A stretch of DNA of 32,000 bases from Candidatus Arthromitus sp. SFB-rat-Yit (GCF_000283555.1 NC_016012.1:540001-572000), one strand, 5' to 3'. Shown: positions 1-7,314, numbered from the stretch's first letter. Numbers and translations: made by a program. The notes: generated by a model not told the origin, from the letters alone.

Positions 1-1
1 T

Positions 2-562
2 AGTAGAATTAATGGAATTTTAAATAAACTGGGGTATTCGTTGTACCTTGATAACATTATTACACAGAAAAAATTGAATAAAGCAGAGGTTAATTATTTT
101 ATAGAGTATTTTTATAATGTAATTACAAAATTTAAATCTGTAGATGAGTTTAGTAAAAATATTAGATTAATTAATTCTACTCATGGAGTAAATTTTGGTA
201 CTATTCATTCTTCAAAGGGAATGGAATTTAGATGTGTTTATATTATAAATGCCCGTGATATGGATAGAGAGATGAATTTTAAAAATAATATAAATATATT
301 CTATGATGAAGAAGAGGAAAGACGTATTTTTTATGTAGGTATTACTAGAGCAATAGATTCCTTAAAAATTTTATCTCCATATTTTATAGAGGGAAGATTT
401 AATAATAGGTTATCGAGGTTTATTGGAGAAGGTTTGATGGATTCTGATTATGGCAATATAGATACTTGTAATATTAAAAAGATATCAAAGAATAAAGTCC
501 TTCTATATGTTGATGGCAAAAGGAAGAGTTTGGATACGAAGGATTATTTAGAAATAACTTGA
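2..562 (+). CDS. UvrD/PcrA-family helicase, C-terminal fragment (gene continues upstream of the window)
   Basis: The frame is open from nt 2, so the TTG at 41 in the ORF track is probably internal. UvrD_C-type motifs are present: GTIHSSKGMEF and RRIFYVGITRAIDSL. A hairpin terminator follows the gene. Confidence 0.7.
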   Translation, partial: SRINGILNKLGYSLYLDNIITQKKLNKAEVNYFIEYFYNVITKFKSVDEFSKNIRLINSTHGVNFGTIHSSKGMEFRCVYIINARDMDREMNFKNNINIFYDEEEERRIFYVGITRAIDSLKILSPYFIEGRFNNRLSRFIGEGLMDSDYGNIDTCNIKKISKNKVLLYVDGKRKSLDTKDYLEIT

Positions 563-564
563 TT

Positions 565-605
565 AGAGATACTTATTTTTATAATAGGTATCTCTATTTT
601 GTTTT
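565..605 (+). terminator. Rho-independent terminator after the helicase gene
   Basis: A 12-bp stem pairs agagatacttat with ataggtatctct (one G-U pair) around a 7-nt loop, followed by attttgtttt. Confidence 0.6.
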
Positions 606-613
606 AAATTAAA

Positions 614-622
614 TGATATAAT
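614..622 (+). promoter_or_regulatory. Extended -10 promoter element (TGaTATAAT) upstream of the aminotransferase gene
   Basis: TG at 614-615 and TATAAT at 617-622, about 45 nt upstream of ATG 665. No good -35 element. Confidence 0.4.
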
Positions 623-664
623 ATAAAATGGAACAAATTATTAGAGTTGGGAGTTTGTGCAGTT

Positions 665-1543
665 ATGAGTAATGATTCAATTGTTTATATAAATGGTAAG
701 TATGTACATAAAAATGAGGCTTTAGTTTCTGTATTTGATAGAGGTATATTGTATGGTGATGGATTCTTTGAAGGTATACGGATATATAATGGGAAGATAT
801 TTATGTGTGATGAGCACATAGATAGATTTTTTGATTCATCTAAGTATACAAATATAATTTTAAATTATTCAAAAGATGAAATAGTTGATATAATCGAGAA
901 ACTTATAGAAATGAATAATGTTAAAGATGGATATATAAGGCTTGTAGCTACAAGAGGAGCATATAATCTGGGTCTTACACCACCAACTCCTGATGTGGCT
1001 AACCCTACATTAATTTGTATAGTGTCTAATATAACTCTTTATGATAGGAAGTTTTATGATAATGGAATGAATGCTATTTTTTCATCTTTTACTAGGATTG
1101 GAACATCTATGTTAGATCCGCAATGTAAATCTCTGAATTATATGTTAAATATTTTGGCAAAAATGGAGGCAAATAATAGAGGAGCACAAGAAGCTATTTT
1201 TTTAAATTCCAATGGAATTGTTACAGAATGTACGGGGGATAATATTTTTATAATAAAAGATGATGTTGTTTATACACCGCCTAGTTATACAGGGATATTA
1301 AATGGGATTACTAGGATTTTAATTATTAAAATTTTGAAAAAGCTTGGATATGATATAAGAGAACAGGAATTTACAAGGTATAATGTTTATACAGCAGATG
1401 AATGTTTTCTTACAGGAACTGCTGCAGAAGTAATATCTGTTGTTAATATTGATGGACGATTAATAAATGATGGAAAGGTTGGACCACATACTAAGATTAT
1501 AATGAATGAGTATAAGAAATATATAGATAGTGTTTGTAATTAA
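665..1543 (+). CDS. ilvE: Branched-chain-amino-acid aminotransferase (class IV PLP-dependent aminotransferase)
   Basis: Class IV fold motifs are present: FDRGILYGDGFFEGIRIY, GYIRLVATRG, the catalytic-Lys motif CKSLNYM, and LNGITR. The ORF track starts at TTG 647, but ATG 665 lies about 10 nt after GGGAG and is the more likely start. Confidence 0.85.
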   Translation: MSNDSIVYINGKYVHKNEALVSVFDRGILYGDGFFEGIRIYNGKIFMCDEHIDRFFDSSKYTNIILNYSKDEIVDIIEKLIEMNNVKDGYIRLVATRGAYNLGLTPPTPDVANPTLICIVSNITLYDRKFYDNGMNAIFSSFTRIGTSMLDPQCKSLNYMLNILAKMEANNRGAQEAIFLNSNGIVTECTGDNIFIIKDDVVYTPPSYTGILNGITRILIIKILKKLGYDIREQEFTRYNVYTADECFLTGTAAEVISVVNIDGRLINDGKVGPHTKIIMNEYKKYIDSVCN

Positions 1544-1547
1544 AAAT

Positions 1548-1580
1548 GCTCAGAGAGATTAATTTCCCTCTGAGCTTTTA
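1548..1580. terminator. Hairpin between convergent genes, possibly a bidirectional terminator
   Basis: gctcagag(ag)...(cc)ctctgagc forms an 8-10 bp stem. Short T/A runs flank it on both sides. It sits between ilvE (+) and the small minus-strand gene. Confidence 0.5.
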
Positions 1581-1611
1581 CTATGTTTAAAAAATGGTTT
1601 AATTCAATTTA

Positions 1612-1874
1612 TTATTTCATTAAGAATGGACCAGCATGTACTATTGTAGGTCTACCTCCACCTTGTCCAGTTAAAACAGTAGTTATTCCACTACCAGAAT
1701 TACTACGTAATTGTAATAATAATGAAGCTGGAGTTGTACTTGTCGTATTTAAATTTGTAGTTTTAAGTCCTCCAGGAGTAGTAACTATAGGAAGTTTTAA
1801 AGTTTTCGTAGTTGAACTGATGATATTAATGCCAATACACATGATGCTATTACTTTATTATGTAATTTTTTCAT
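1612..1874 (-). pseudogene. Small secreted Thr/Ser/Gly-rich protein split by an apparent -1 frame change
   Basis: A perfect RBS (GGAGG, 1886-1882) lies 7 nt before ATG 1874 and opens MKKLHNKVIASCVLALISSVQLRKL*, which looks like a signal peptide. The 76-aa ORF (1842-1612, STTKTLKLPIVTTPGG...) continues in the -1 frame and has no RBS of its own. Confidence 0.45.
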
Positions 1875-2008
1875 AATTTTGCCTCCAAAAATTTTAGTCA
1901 AGCACAAATTATATATTAATATATAGTTTTTAAAAAATCAACAATTTGTTCATATTTTTTTCGAAAATTTTTACTAAAACATAAATTTTTACTATTTATG
2001 ATTAAAAA

Positions 2009-2017
2009 TGGTATAAT
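2009..2017 (+). promoter_or_regulatory. Extended -10 promoter element (TGgTATAAT) upstream of the sigma-factor gene
   Basis: TG at 2009-2010 and TATAAT at 2012-2017, 36 nt upstream of ATG 2053. A possible -35 element, TTTACT, lies at 1988-1993. Confidence 0.45.
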
Positions 2018-2052
2018 GTTAAATGTAATTTAACTTTGGAGGAATTTTTTGA

Positions 2053-2574
2053 ATGAGAAATAAAGATTCTGAAATGGTTTTAGAATATACTAATAAAAGA
2101 TATATTGAAGATTATATAATAAATAATCAAAAGTATTTATATAGAATTGCATTTAGCTATGTTAAAAATAAAGATGATGCCCTTGAGATAGTTCAAAATA
2201 CTATTTATAAAGCACTTTCATTTAGTAAAAAGATTAGGGATTTAAATTCAATCAAACCTTGGATTACCAAAATTCTTATAAATAGTTGTTTTGATTTTTT
2301 AAATAAGAGATGTAAGGGTATTTTTAATGATGAATTAGTTGATTCAGTTGAAGATAACAACGATAGTATACTGGATAAAATTGTTTTAAAATATGCTTTG
2401 GACAACCTCCCGCTTAAATTAAGAACTATAGTGATTTTAAGGTTTTTTGAAGATTTTAAAATCAAGGATATTTCAAATATTTTGGATATGAAAGAGAATA
2501 CAGTTAAAACTAATTTATATAAAGCGCTGAAGATACTTAAAATTAATTTAGAGGAGGAAGGGATTAGTGTATAG
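2053..2574 (+). CDS. ECF-type (group 4) sigma-70 family RNA polymerase sigma factor
   Basis: 173 aa. Region 2-like sequence: IVQNTIYKAL...KPWITKILINSCFDFLNKR. Region 4 HTH: LRTIVILRFFEDFKIKDISNILDMKENTVKTNLYKALKIL. RBS GGAGG at 2038-2042. Confidence 0.85.
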   Translation: MRNKDSEMVLEYTNKRYIEDYIINNQKYLYRIAFSYVKNKDDALEIVQNTIYKALSFSKKIRDLNSIKPWITKILINSCFDFLNKRCKGIFNDELVDSVEDNNDSILDKIVLKYALDNLPLKLRTIVILRFFEDFKIKDISNILDMKENTVKTNLYKALKILKINLEEEGISV

Positions 2575-3166
2575 TGATAAGGATTTGGATTCATTGAAGG
2601 AAGAATATTTAAATCAAGATTACCCAGATGATTTAAATAAACATATCATAAAATGCATTTCTAAACAATCCAATAAAAAGTTCAAAAAATTTAATTATAC
2701 AACTAATATTTGTGTAGGTCTGCTTTTTGCATCTTGTTTATTACTTGCAATTATACCGAGAGCTCTAAAAAAATATGAAATTGATAGTCATCAAATTAAT
2801 GATGAGATGAGAAGCTATACACAATCTACTTATGATTTATACAGTAATATCCCAAAAAATTTGATTAATGTGGCAGAAAACAATTCAATAATTTCTATAT
2901 ATAAAGATGGGGATGAAATTTATTCAAATAATATGATCTATAATATCGATAAAACCAGAGGTGTTTTAATTGAACTGAAGGATATTTTAATTGAAAAAAT
3001 TGAAGATGTGGATATAGATAAGAAATTGAAGGATATTCTTCTTAATCATGAAACTAAATTCTTTTTAAATGAAGATGGAAGTTATATTATTTTATCTGAA
3101 AGTGGAAAAATTTTAATTGATAATGTTTTGAAATCTAAAATATTTAAACCTGAGTATATGTTTTGA
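2567..3166 (+). CDS. Putative single-pass membrane anti-sigma factor
   Basis: Its GTG start overlaps the sigma gene by 8 nt, with GGAGGAAGGG upstream. It has a cytoplasmic N-terminus of about 45 aa, one TM helix (ICVGLLFASCLLLAIIP) and an extracytoplasmic domain of about 130 aa. Function is inferred from gene context only. Confidence 0.6.
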   Translation: MYSDKDLDSLKEEYLNQDYPDDLNKHIIKCISKQSNKKFKKFNYTTNICVGLLFASCLLLAIIPRALKKYEIDSHQINDEMRSYTQSTYDLYSNIPKNLINVAENNSIISIYKDGDEIYSNNMIYNIDKTRGVLIELKDILIEKIEDVDIDKKLKDILLNHETKFFLNEDGSYIILSESGKILIDNVLKSKIFKPEYMF

Positions 3167-3199
3167 GGCTAATAATTTTTTATTAGCCTTTTTATTTTT
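3166..3199 (+). terminator. Rho-independent terminator after the anti-sigma gene
   Basis: A perfect 10-bp stem pairs aggctaataa with ttattagcct around a 4-nt loop, followed by ttttattttt. Confidence 0.75.
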
Positions 3200-3633
3200 C
3201 TCAAAGTTCGGATAACTCCATTATGAAAAATAAGTTTAATTTTAAAATTTAATTTAAGTGCCCAAATAAGTTAATGGAGTTAACCAAACTTAAAGAAAAA
3301 TAGGCTTTTTAAATATATTTTTAGGATAGATATTGTAAAGATTATGTTTTTAAAGGAGTTTTTTGGAAAATATAGATTCTATATGGTTTATAGTTTATAT
3401 AATATCGTTTTATAATGTAAAAAAGATATAAATACTTTAATTGTTTTTTACTAAACGACATTAAATTTTAACATGTTAACATTTAAAGACATTAATTTTT
3501 AATTTTTTTTTAAGTAAAACTTACTATTTAATAATTTGATTTGGAAATATAATAAGATCATTGGAAGTGACAATTAAATTAAATGCAAATTGAAAGTTAA
3601 AATAAAGAATAAATTATTAGGAGATTAAGAAAT

Positions 3634-4212
3634 ATGTTGAAGGAAAAAACTAAAAATATTTTATTAGGTACGACTCTAGGAGCTTTTATAGTATTTGGAG
3701 CATTTGTTGTTAAATCAATGGTAACGAAAAATAATATAGAAGATATGGTTAGTGTTAAGTATAATAATTATAGATCAAATCGTTATATGGATTATTATCC
3801 TGACCATGATTATGATTATTCGGATTATGCAAGTGGTTATGGATATTTAGATGATTATGATTATTCGGATTATGCAAGTAGTTATGGATATTTAGATGAT
3901 TATGATTATTCGGATTATGCAAGTGATTATGATTATTCAGATTTAATAAACGAAATGTTAAGTTCTGGATATATAGATCAAACAAAAGCTAATGAGTTTA
4001 AAAATGGAATTAAATCTGAAGCTACACAATTGGAAATAGAAAAAACTTATGATTTCTATATGATTGATCAGGATGTGAAAGATGGATTTTATAGTGCAGA
4101 AGCTGGTCAGTTAGAAAAGCAATTAGTAGAAGCGGAGTATTCAGGTAATGATGAGTTATATGATCAAATATATGAAAAATATATTTCTCAATTAGAGAAA
4201 GAGGGAAATTAA
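3634..4212 (+). CDS. N-terminally membrane-anchored protein with Tyr/Asp-rich tandem repeats (hypothetical)
   Basis: RBS AGGAG precedes the start. One N-terminal TM helix (ILLGTTLGAFIVFGAFVV). Repeats of DYDYSDYAS(G/S)YGYLD, then an acidic helical tail. I recognise no family. Confidence 0.7.
   Translation: MLKEKTKNILLGTTLGAFIVFGAFVVKSMVTKNNIEDMVSVKYNNYRSNRYMDYYPDHDYDYSDYASGYGYLDDYDYSDYASSYGYLDDYDYSDYASDYDYSDLINEMLSSGYIDQTKANEFKNGIKSEATQLEIEKTYDFYMIDQDVKDGFYSAEAGQLEKQLVEAEYSGNDELYDQIYEKYISQLEKEGN
3808..3942 (+). repeat. In-frame 45-bp tandem repeat, about 3 copies
   Basis: Copies at 3808-3852 and 3853-3897 differ at 1 nt (ggt versus agt). The third copy (3898-3942) diverges in its last 18 nt or so. 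Confidence 0.9.
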
Positions 4213-4226
4213 ATATATTATTTTAC

Positions 4227-4256
4227 AAGGCTTTACATGGTAAAGCCTTTTTTATA
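4227..4256 (+). terminator. Rho-independent terminator
   Basis: A perfect 10-bp stem pairs aaggctttac with gtaaagcctt around a 3-nt loop, followed by a T-run. Confidence 0.7.
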
Positions 4257-4339
4257 TTTATTTTATAAATATTTGATGATATTAGTGTGTGAATTGTGTT
4301 AAGATATTTCTTAATATATGATTAGGAGGTAATGTACAA

Positions 4340-5698
4340 TTGTCAGATAGTTTGAAAAAGAGATATGGATTCTGGACAGCTGTAGCGATGGTTGTAGGAA
4401 TTGTTATAGGGAGTGGTGTGTTTTTTAAAGCAGAGAAAGTTATCCAGGCTACTGCTGGGAATATGTATATGGGTGTATTTTCTTGGATAGCTAGTGGTAG
4501 CATAATAGTTATTTGTGCATATGCTTTTTCTATTTTAGCTGGACGTTATTCAAAAATTAATGGAATCGTTGATTATTCAGAGGCTTCTATTGGTAAAACG
4601 TATAGTTATATTGTAGGATGGTTTATGTCGGTTGTGTATTATCCGTCATTAACAGCTATATTGTGTTGGATATCAGCACGATATACATTGACTTTGTTTG
4701 GAATTAATGTGGATGCAAATAGTATGGAAGTATATTTAATAGCTTTAGGGTATTTGGTAATAATGTATTTTTTAAATATATTTGCTCCGTTATTAGCTGG
4801 AAAAATTCAGGTATCAACAACTTTTATAAAATTAATACCATTAGTTCTTATGGGAATTGTAGGTATAATTAAAGGTGTTTCAAGTGGTCAAACAATACAA
4901 AATTTTGTTAATACATCAACAGATATAGTAACATCTAATCCATTACTTACTTCGATTGTTGCTACAGCATTTGCTTATGAGGGTTGGATTGTTGCTACAA
5001 CAATAAATTCAGAGTTAAAAGATCCACGTAAAAATTTGCCTAAATCTTTGATAATAGGTAGTATTTTTATAGTTATTATATATTTGTTATATTTTATTGG
5101 AATATCTGGATCGATGTCTGTTGATGAGTTCATACATGCGGGAGAAGATTCTATAAAAATAGCGTTCTTTAATGTATTAGGAAATTTTGGAGGAAGCACA
5201 TTATTTATTTTCGTTATAATTTCTTGTCTTGGAACTTTAAATGGAATGATGCTTGCAACTGTAAGGGGGATTTATTCTTTAGCAGTTAGAGGAATGGGTC
5301 CACGTCCTAGTTTTTTCTCTAAGGTAAGTGAAAAAAATAAGGTTCCAATTAATTCAGGATTATTTGCAGTTTCAATGATACTTTTGTGGTTACTTATGTG
5401 GTATTTAAGTAATGCAGGTTTTTTTGGAATGTTTTTAGATTTTTCTGAGTTACCAGTTATTAGTATGTATGCATTATATATTCCTATATTTTTTTGGATG
5501 AGCATAAAACTTAAGGATTTAAATCTGTTTAATAGATATGTTATACCTTATGCTGCTATTTTGTGTTCGCTATTTATGATATATGCAACTTTTGTTTCTC
5601 ATGGGATTAAGGCTGTTGCAGTATATTTTGTATTATTCATATGTGTTATTGTAATAGGATTAATATTCAAAAATGATCGAAAAGAAGAGAGTCTTTAA
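4340..5698 (+). CDS. APC-superfamily amino acid permease (LAT/SteT-like)
   Basis: 452 aa with about 12 hydrophobic segments. N-terminal signature: GFWTAVAMVVGIVIGSGVFFK. TTG start 10 nt after GGAGG (4325-4329). Confidence 0.8.
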   Translation: MSDSLKKRYGFWTAVAMVVGIVIGSGVFFKAEKVIQATAGNMYMGVFSWIASGSIIVICAYAFSILAGRYSKINGIVDYSEASIGKTYSYIVGWFMSVVYYPSLTAILCWISARYTLTLFGINVDANSMEVYLIALGYLVIMYFLNIFAPLLAGKIQVSTTFIKLIPLVLMGIVGIIKGVSSGQTIQNFVNTSTDIVTSNPLLTSIVATAFAYEGWIVATTINSELKDPRKNLPKSLIIGSIFIVIIYLLYFIGISGSMSVDEFIHAGEDSIKIAFFNVLGNFGGSTLFIFVIISCLGTLNGMMLATVRGIYSLAVRGMGPRPSFFSKVSEKNKVPINSGLFAVSMILLWLLMWYLSNAGFFGMFLDFSELPVISMYALYIPIFFWMSIKLKDLNLFNRYVIPYAAILCSLFMIYATFVSHGIKAVAVYFVLFICVIVIGLIFKNDRKEESL

Positions 5699-5710
5699 TT
5701 AGACTCTCTT
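5685..5710. terminator. Hairpin shared by convergent genes
   Basis: A perfect 10-bp stem pairs aagagagtct with agactctctt around a 6-nt loop. The permease stop (5696-5698) lies in the loop, and the stop of the minus-strand gene (5709-5711) overlaps the end of the right arm. Confidence 0.55.
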
Positions 5711-7007
5711 AATATTTTATACCTATTGTTTCGATTATATTTTTGAATTCAGGCTCTCCAAGCATTCTAGTTACTATATTAGTAACAGATTTCTTTTCAT
5801 CATTTGTGACCTTAAAATTCTCTTCATATTCTTTTATCCAAAAATTAAGTCCTTCATTATCAGGAGTTCTATTGTACATCACAGCATAAATTCTAGTTAT
5901 TTTATCGATGGGATTTTGTGAAATTTTTAAAAATTCTTCAGTGTTCAACAAATTTAGTATGAAATCTCTTGCGTTTATTTTGAAAGTAGAAAGTTGAGAA
6001 AACCAATATTTAAAACCGCTTTTATCCAATTCAACTCTATTTAATGCTGTATTGTACGCATTTTCGATATATGAGGCTAGTTTTATTAAATCAATAGCTA
6101 CGATATCGGTTGAAAAATTGTTAATTATAAAATTGTGTAATTTATTTTCAGTATCTTGAACGATTAATTTGATATTTTCATATGATTGGTTTTGTTCAAG
6201 ATTGCTTAATATAAGTTCGTTTGTTTCTTTATTTATTACAAATTTTAAATTAGTATCTGATAATTTGGCATCTTTTATAGTTAAATCATTTGGTAAAATG
6301 ACTTTAGCTTGTATATTATTATTATTTTTGCTTATGGATACATCAACATAGCTAAAATTTTTGTTTGTAGTTGTAAATTCATTCAAATTAAATACGTGGC
6401 TATTATTTTGATCATCGAAAATTGTTAAATTTAAGTATGAATATGTAGTATTAGGTTTAAGTTCAAGTATGGTAATAGTACCATCTGAAACGTCAACTAA
6501 TAAATTATCATTAGAAATTTTTGCAGATATGGGATATATGTATGATGGAAGCATAACTTCTCCACTGAAATTATCTTTATATGAAGAAACTTTTACATCA
6601 AGAGATTTGGTGATTTGATTAGGAGTTTTAAAGTTGTTCAATTTAAATGTGTGTATTTTGTTAGATGAATCAATTAACTTTATTGAAATGTCTTTATATT
6701 CAGTTTCGGGCTTTAAATTGTATAATTCAACTTGACCATCTACGATATTAATTGACATTGAACTATTAGAAATCTCTGCACTTACAAAGTTGTATTTATT
6801 AATTTCAGGAATTAAAACTTTAGCCACTATTATATCACCTTCGTGTATAAAAAATCTGACATCTAAACTTTTTGATATATTATTTTCAATTTGATTTGTG
6901 TTTGTATTTTCTATAGCTAAACTTTTAATTACTGGATTTTTTATGTTACTTAAAGGTATTAAACATACAGTTGATACAATTAATAATTTTATAAATGATT
7001 TTTTCAT
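5709..7007 (-). CDS. Secreted repeat protein with a C-terminal tandem DUF4214 domain
   Basis: Signal-peptide-like N-terminus: MKKSFIKLLIVSTVCLIPLS. Three divergent repeats of about 82 aa, each ending in H-F-LN-F-T. The C-terminus carries two DUF4214-like units (LNRVELDKSGFKYWFSQL, YNRTPDNEGLNFWIKEY). ATG 7007 is preferred over the track's TTG 7031, which lies upstream of the GGAGG (7025-7021) and so has no RBS of its own. Confidence 0.7.
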   Translation of the reverse strand: MKKSFIKLLIVSTVCLIPLSNIKNPVIKSLAIENTNTNQIENNISKSLDVRFFIHEGDIIVAKVLIPEINKYNFVSAEISNSSMSINIVDGQVELYNLKPETEYKDISIKLIDSSNKIHTFKLNNFKTPNQITKSLDVKVSSYKDNFSGEVMLPSYIYPISAKISNDNLLVDVSDGTITILELKPNTTYSYLNLTIFDDQNNSHVFNLNEFTTTNKNFSYVDVSISKNNNNIQAKVILPNDLTIKDAKLSDTNLKFVINKETNELILSNLEQNQSYENIKLIVQDTENKLHNFIINNFSTDIVAIDLIKLASYIENAYNTALNRVELDKSGFKYWFSQLSTFKINARDFILNLLNTEEFLKISQNPIDKITRIYAVMYNRTPDNEGLNFWIKEYEENFKVTNDEKKSVTNIVTRMLGEPEFKNIIETIGIKY

Positions 7008-7314
7008 GAAAGAAAATATCCTCCTATTCAAATTACGATTCTATAATGTAATTAAAACGAAATTAAATATTAAAAAATGTTACAATATAATTATATATTA
7101 ATTAAAAATATATTGTCAATGTATAATTAAACTTACGTTTTTTCTAAATTTAAGCCATAATAAATTTTCGAAAAACATATTACAAAAAATAAATTATTTC
7201 AACAATAATAGACTTTTTTAGTTATAATTTATATTATTTTTAGAAATGATGTTAAAAATATAGTGTATTGGAGGTAATTTTATTTTTGTTAAGGTTGTAG
7301 ATGCAAAAAAACTT

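Noticed and set aside
1797-1812. prfB-like +1 frameshift site (CTT TAA A) at the end of the 25-codon frame
   Set aside because: A +1 shift there enters a frame that stops after about 11 codons. The long ORF is in the -1 frame, so a prfB-type mechanism does not fit.
1612-1842. Double-glycine (PGG) leader suggesting a bacteriocin/RiPP precursor in the minus-strand peptide
   Set aside because: There is no Cys in the putative core and no modification or ABC-transporter genes nearby. The upstream out-of-frame signal peptide with a perfect RBS explains the locus better as a frameshifted secreted protein.
1583-1876. 97-aa plus-strand ORF between ilvE and the sigma gene
   Set aside because: It starts inside the ilvE terminator hairpin region with no RBS. 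It is antisense to the minus-strand gene, which has a perfect RBS and a signal-peptide start. Its composition looks like the mirror of a Thr/Gly-rich frame.
3390-3426. dif/Xer-like site (ATAATGTAAA resembles the XerD arm TTATGTAAACT of Firmicute dif)
   Set aside because: The left (XerC) arm and central region do not match the dif consensus. The partial match is expected by chance in AT-rich DNA.
3167-3633. Riboswitch, T-box, tRNA or small protein gene in the 467-bp intergenic region
   Set aside because: I could not recognise any conserved riboswitch, T-box or tRNA sequence signature. All ATG-initiated ORFs on either strand are 39 codons or shorter and lack SD sequences. Only the repeats and inverted repeats are reported.
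3755-3985. 76-aa minus-strand His/Asn-rich ORF (HNHLHNPNNHNH repeats)
   Set aside because: It is the antisense shadow of the 45-bp tandem repeat in the plus-strand gene. It has no RBS, and the plus-strand gene has an RBS, a TM anchor and a terminator.
4213-4339. Possible T-box or amino-acid-responsive leader upstream of the permease, and likewise upstream of ilvE at 563-664
   Set aside because: These regions are only about 100-125 nt and mostly occupied by the preceding terminator. That is too short for a T-box, and no specifier or T-box sequence is visible.
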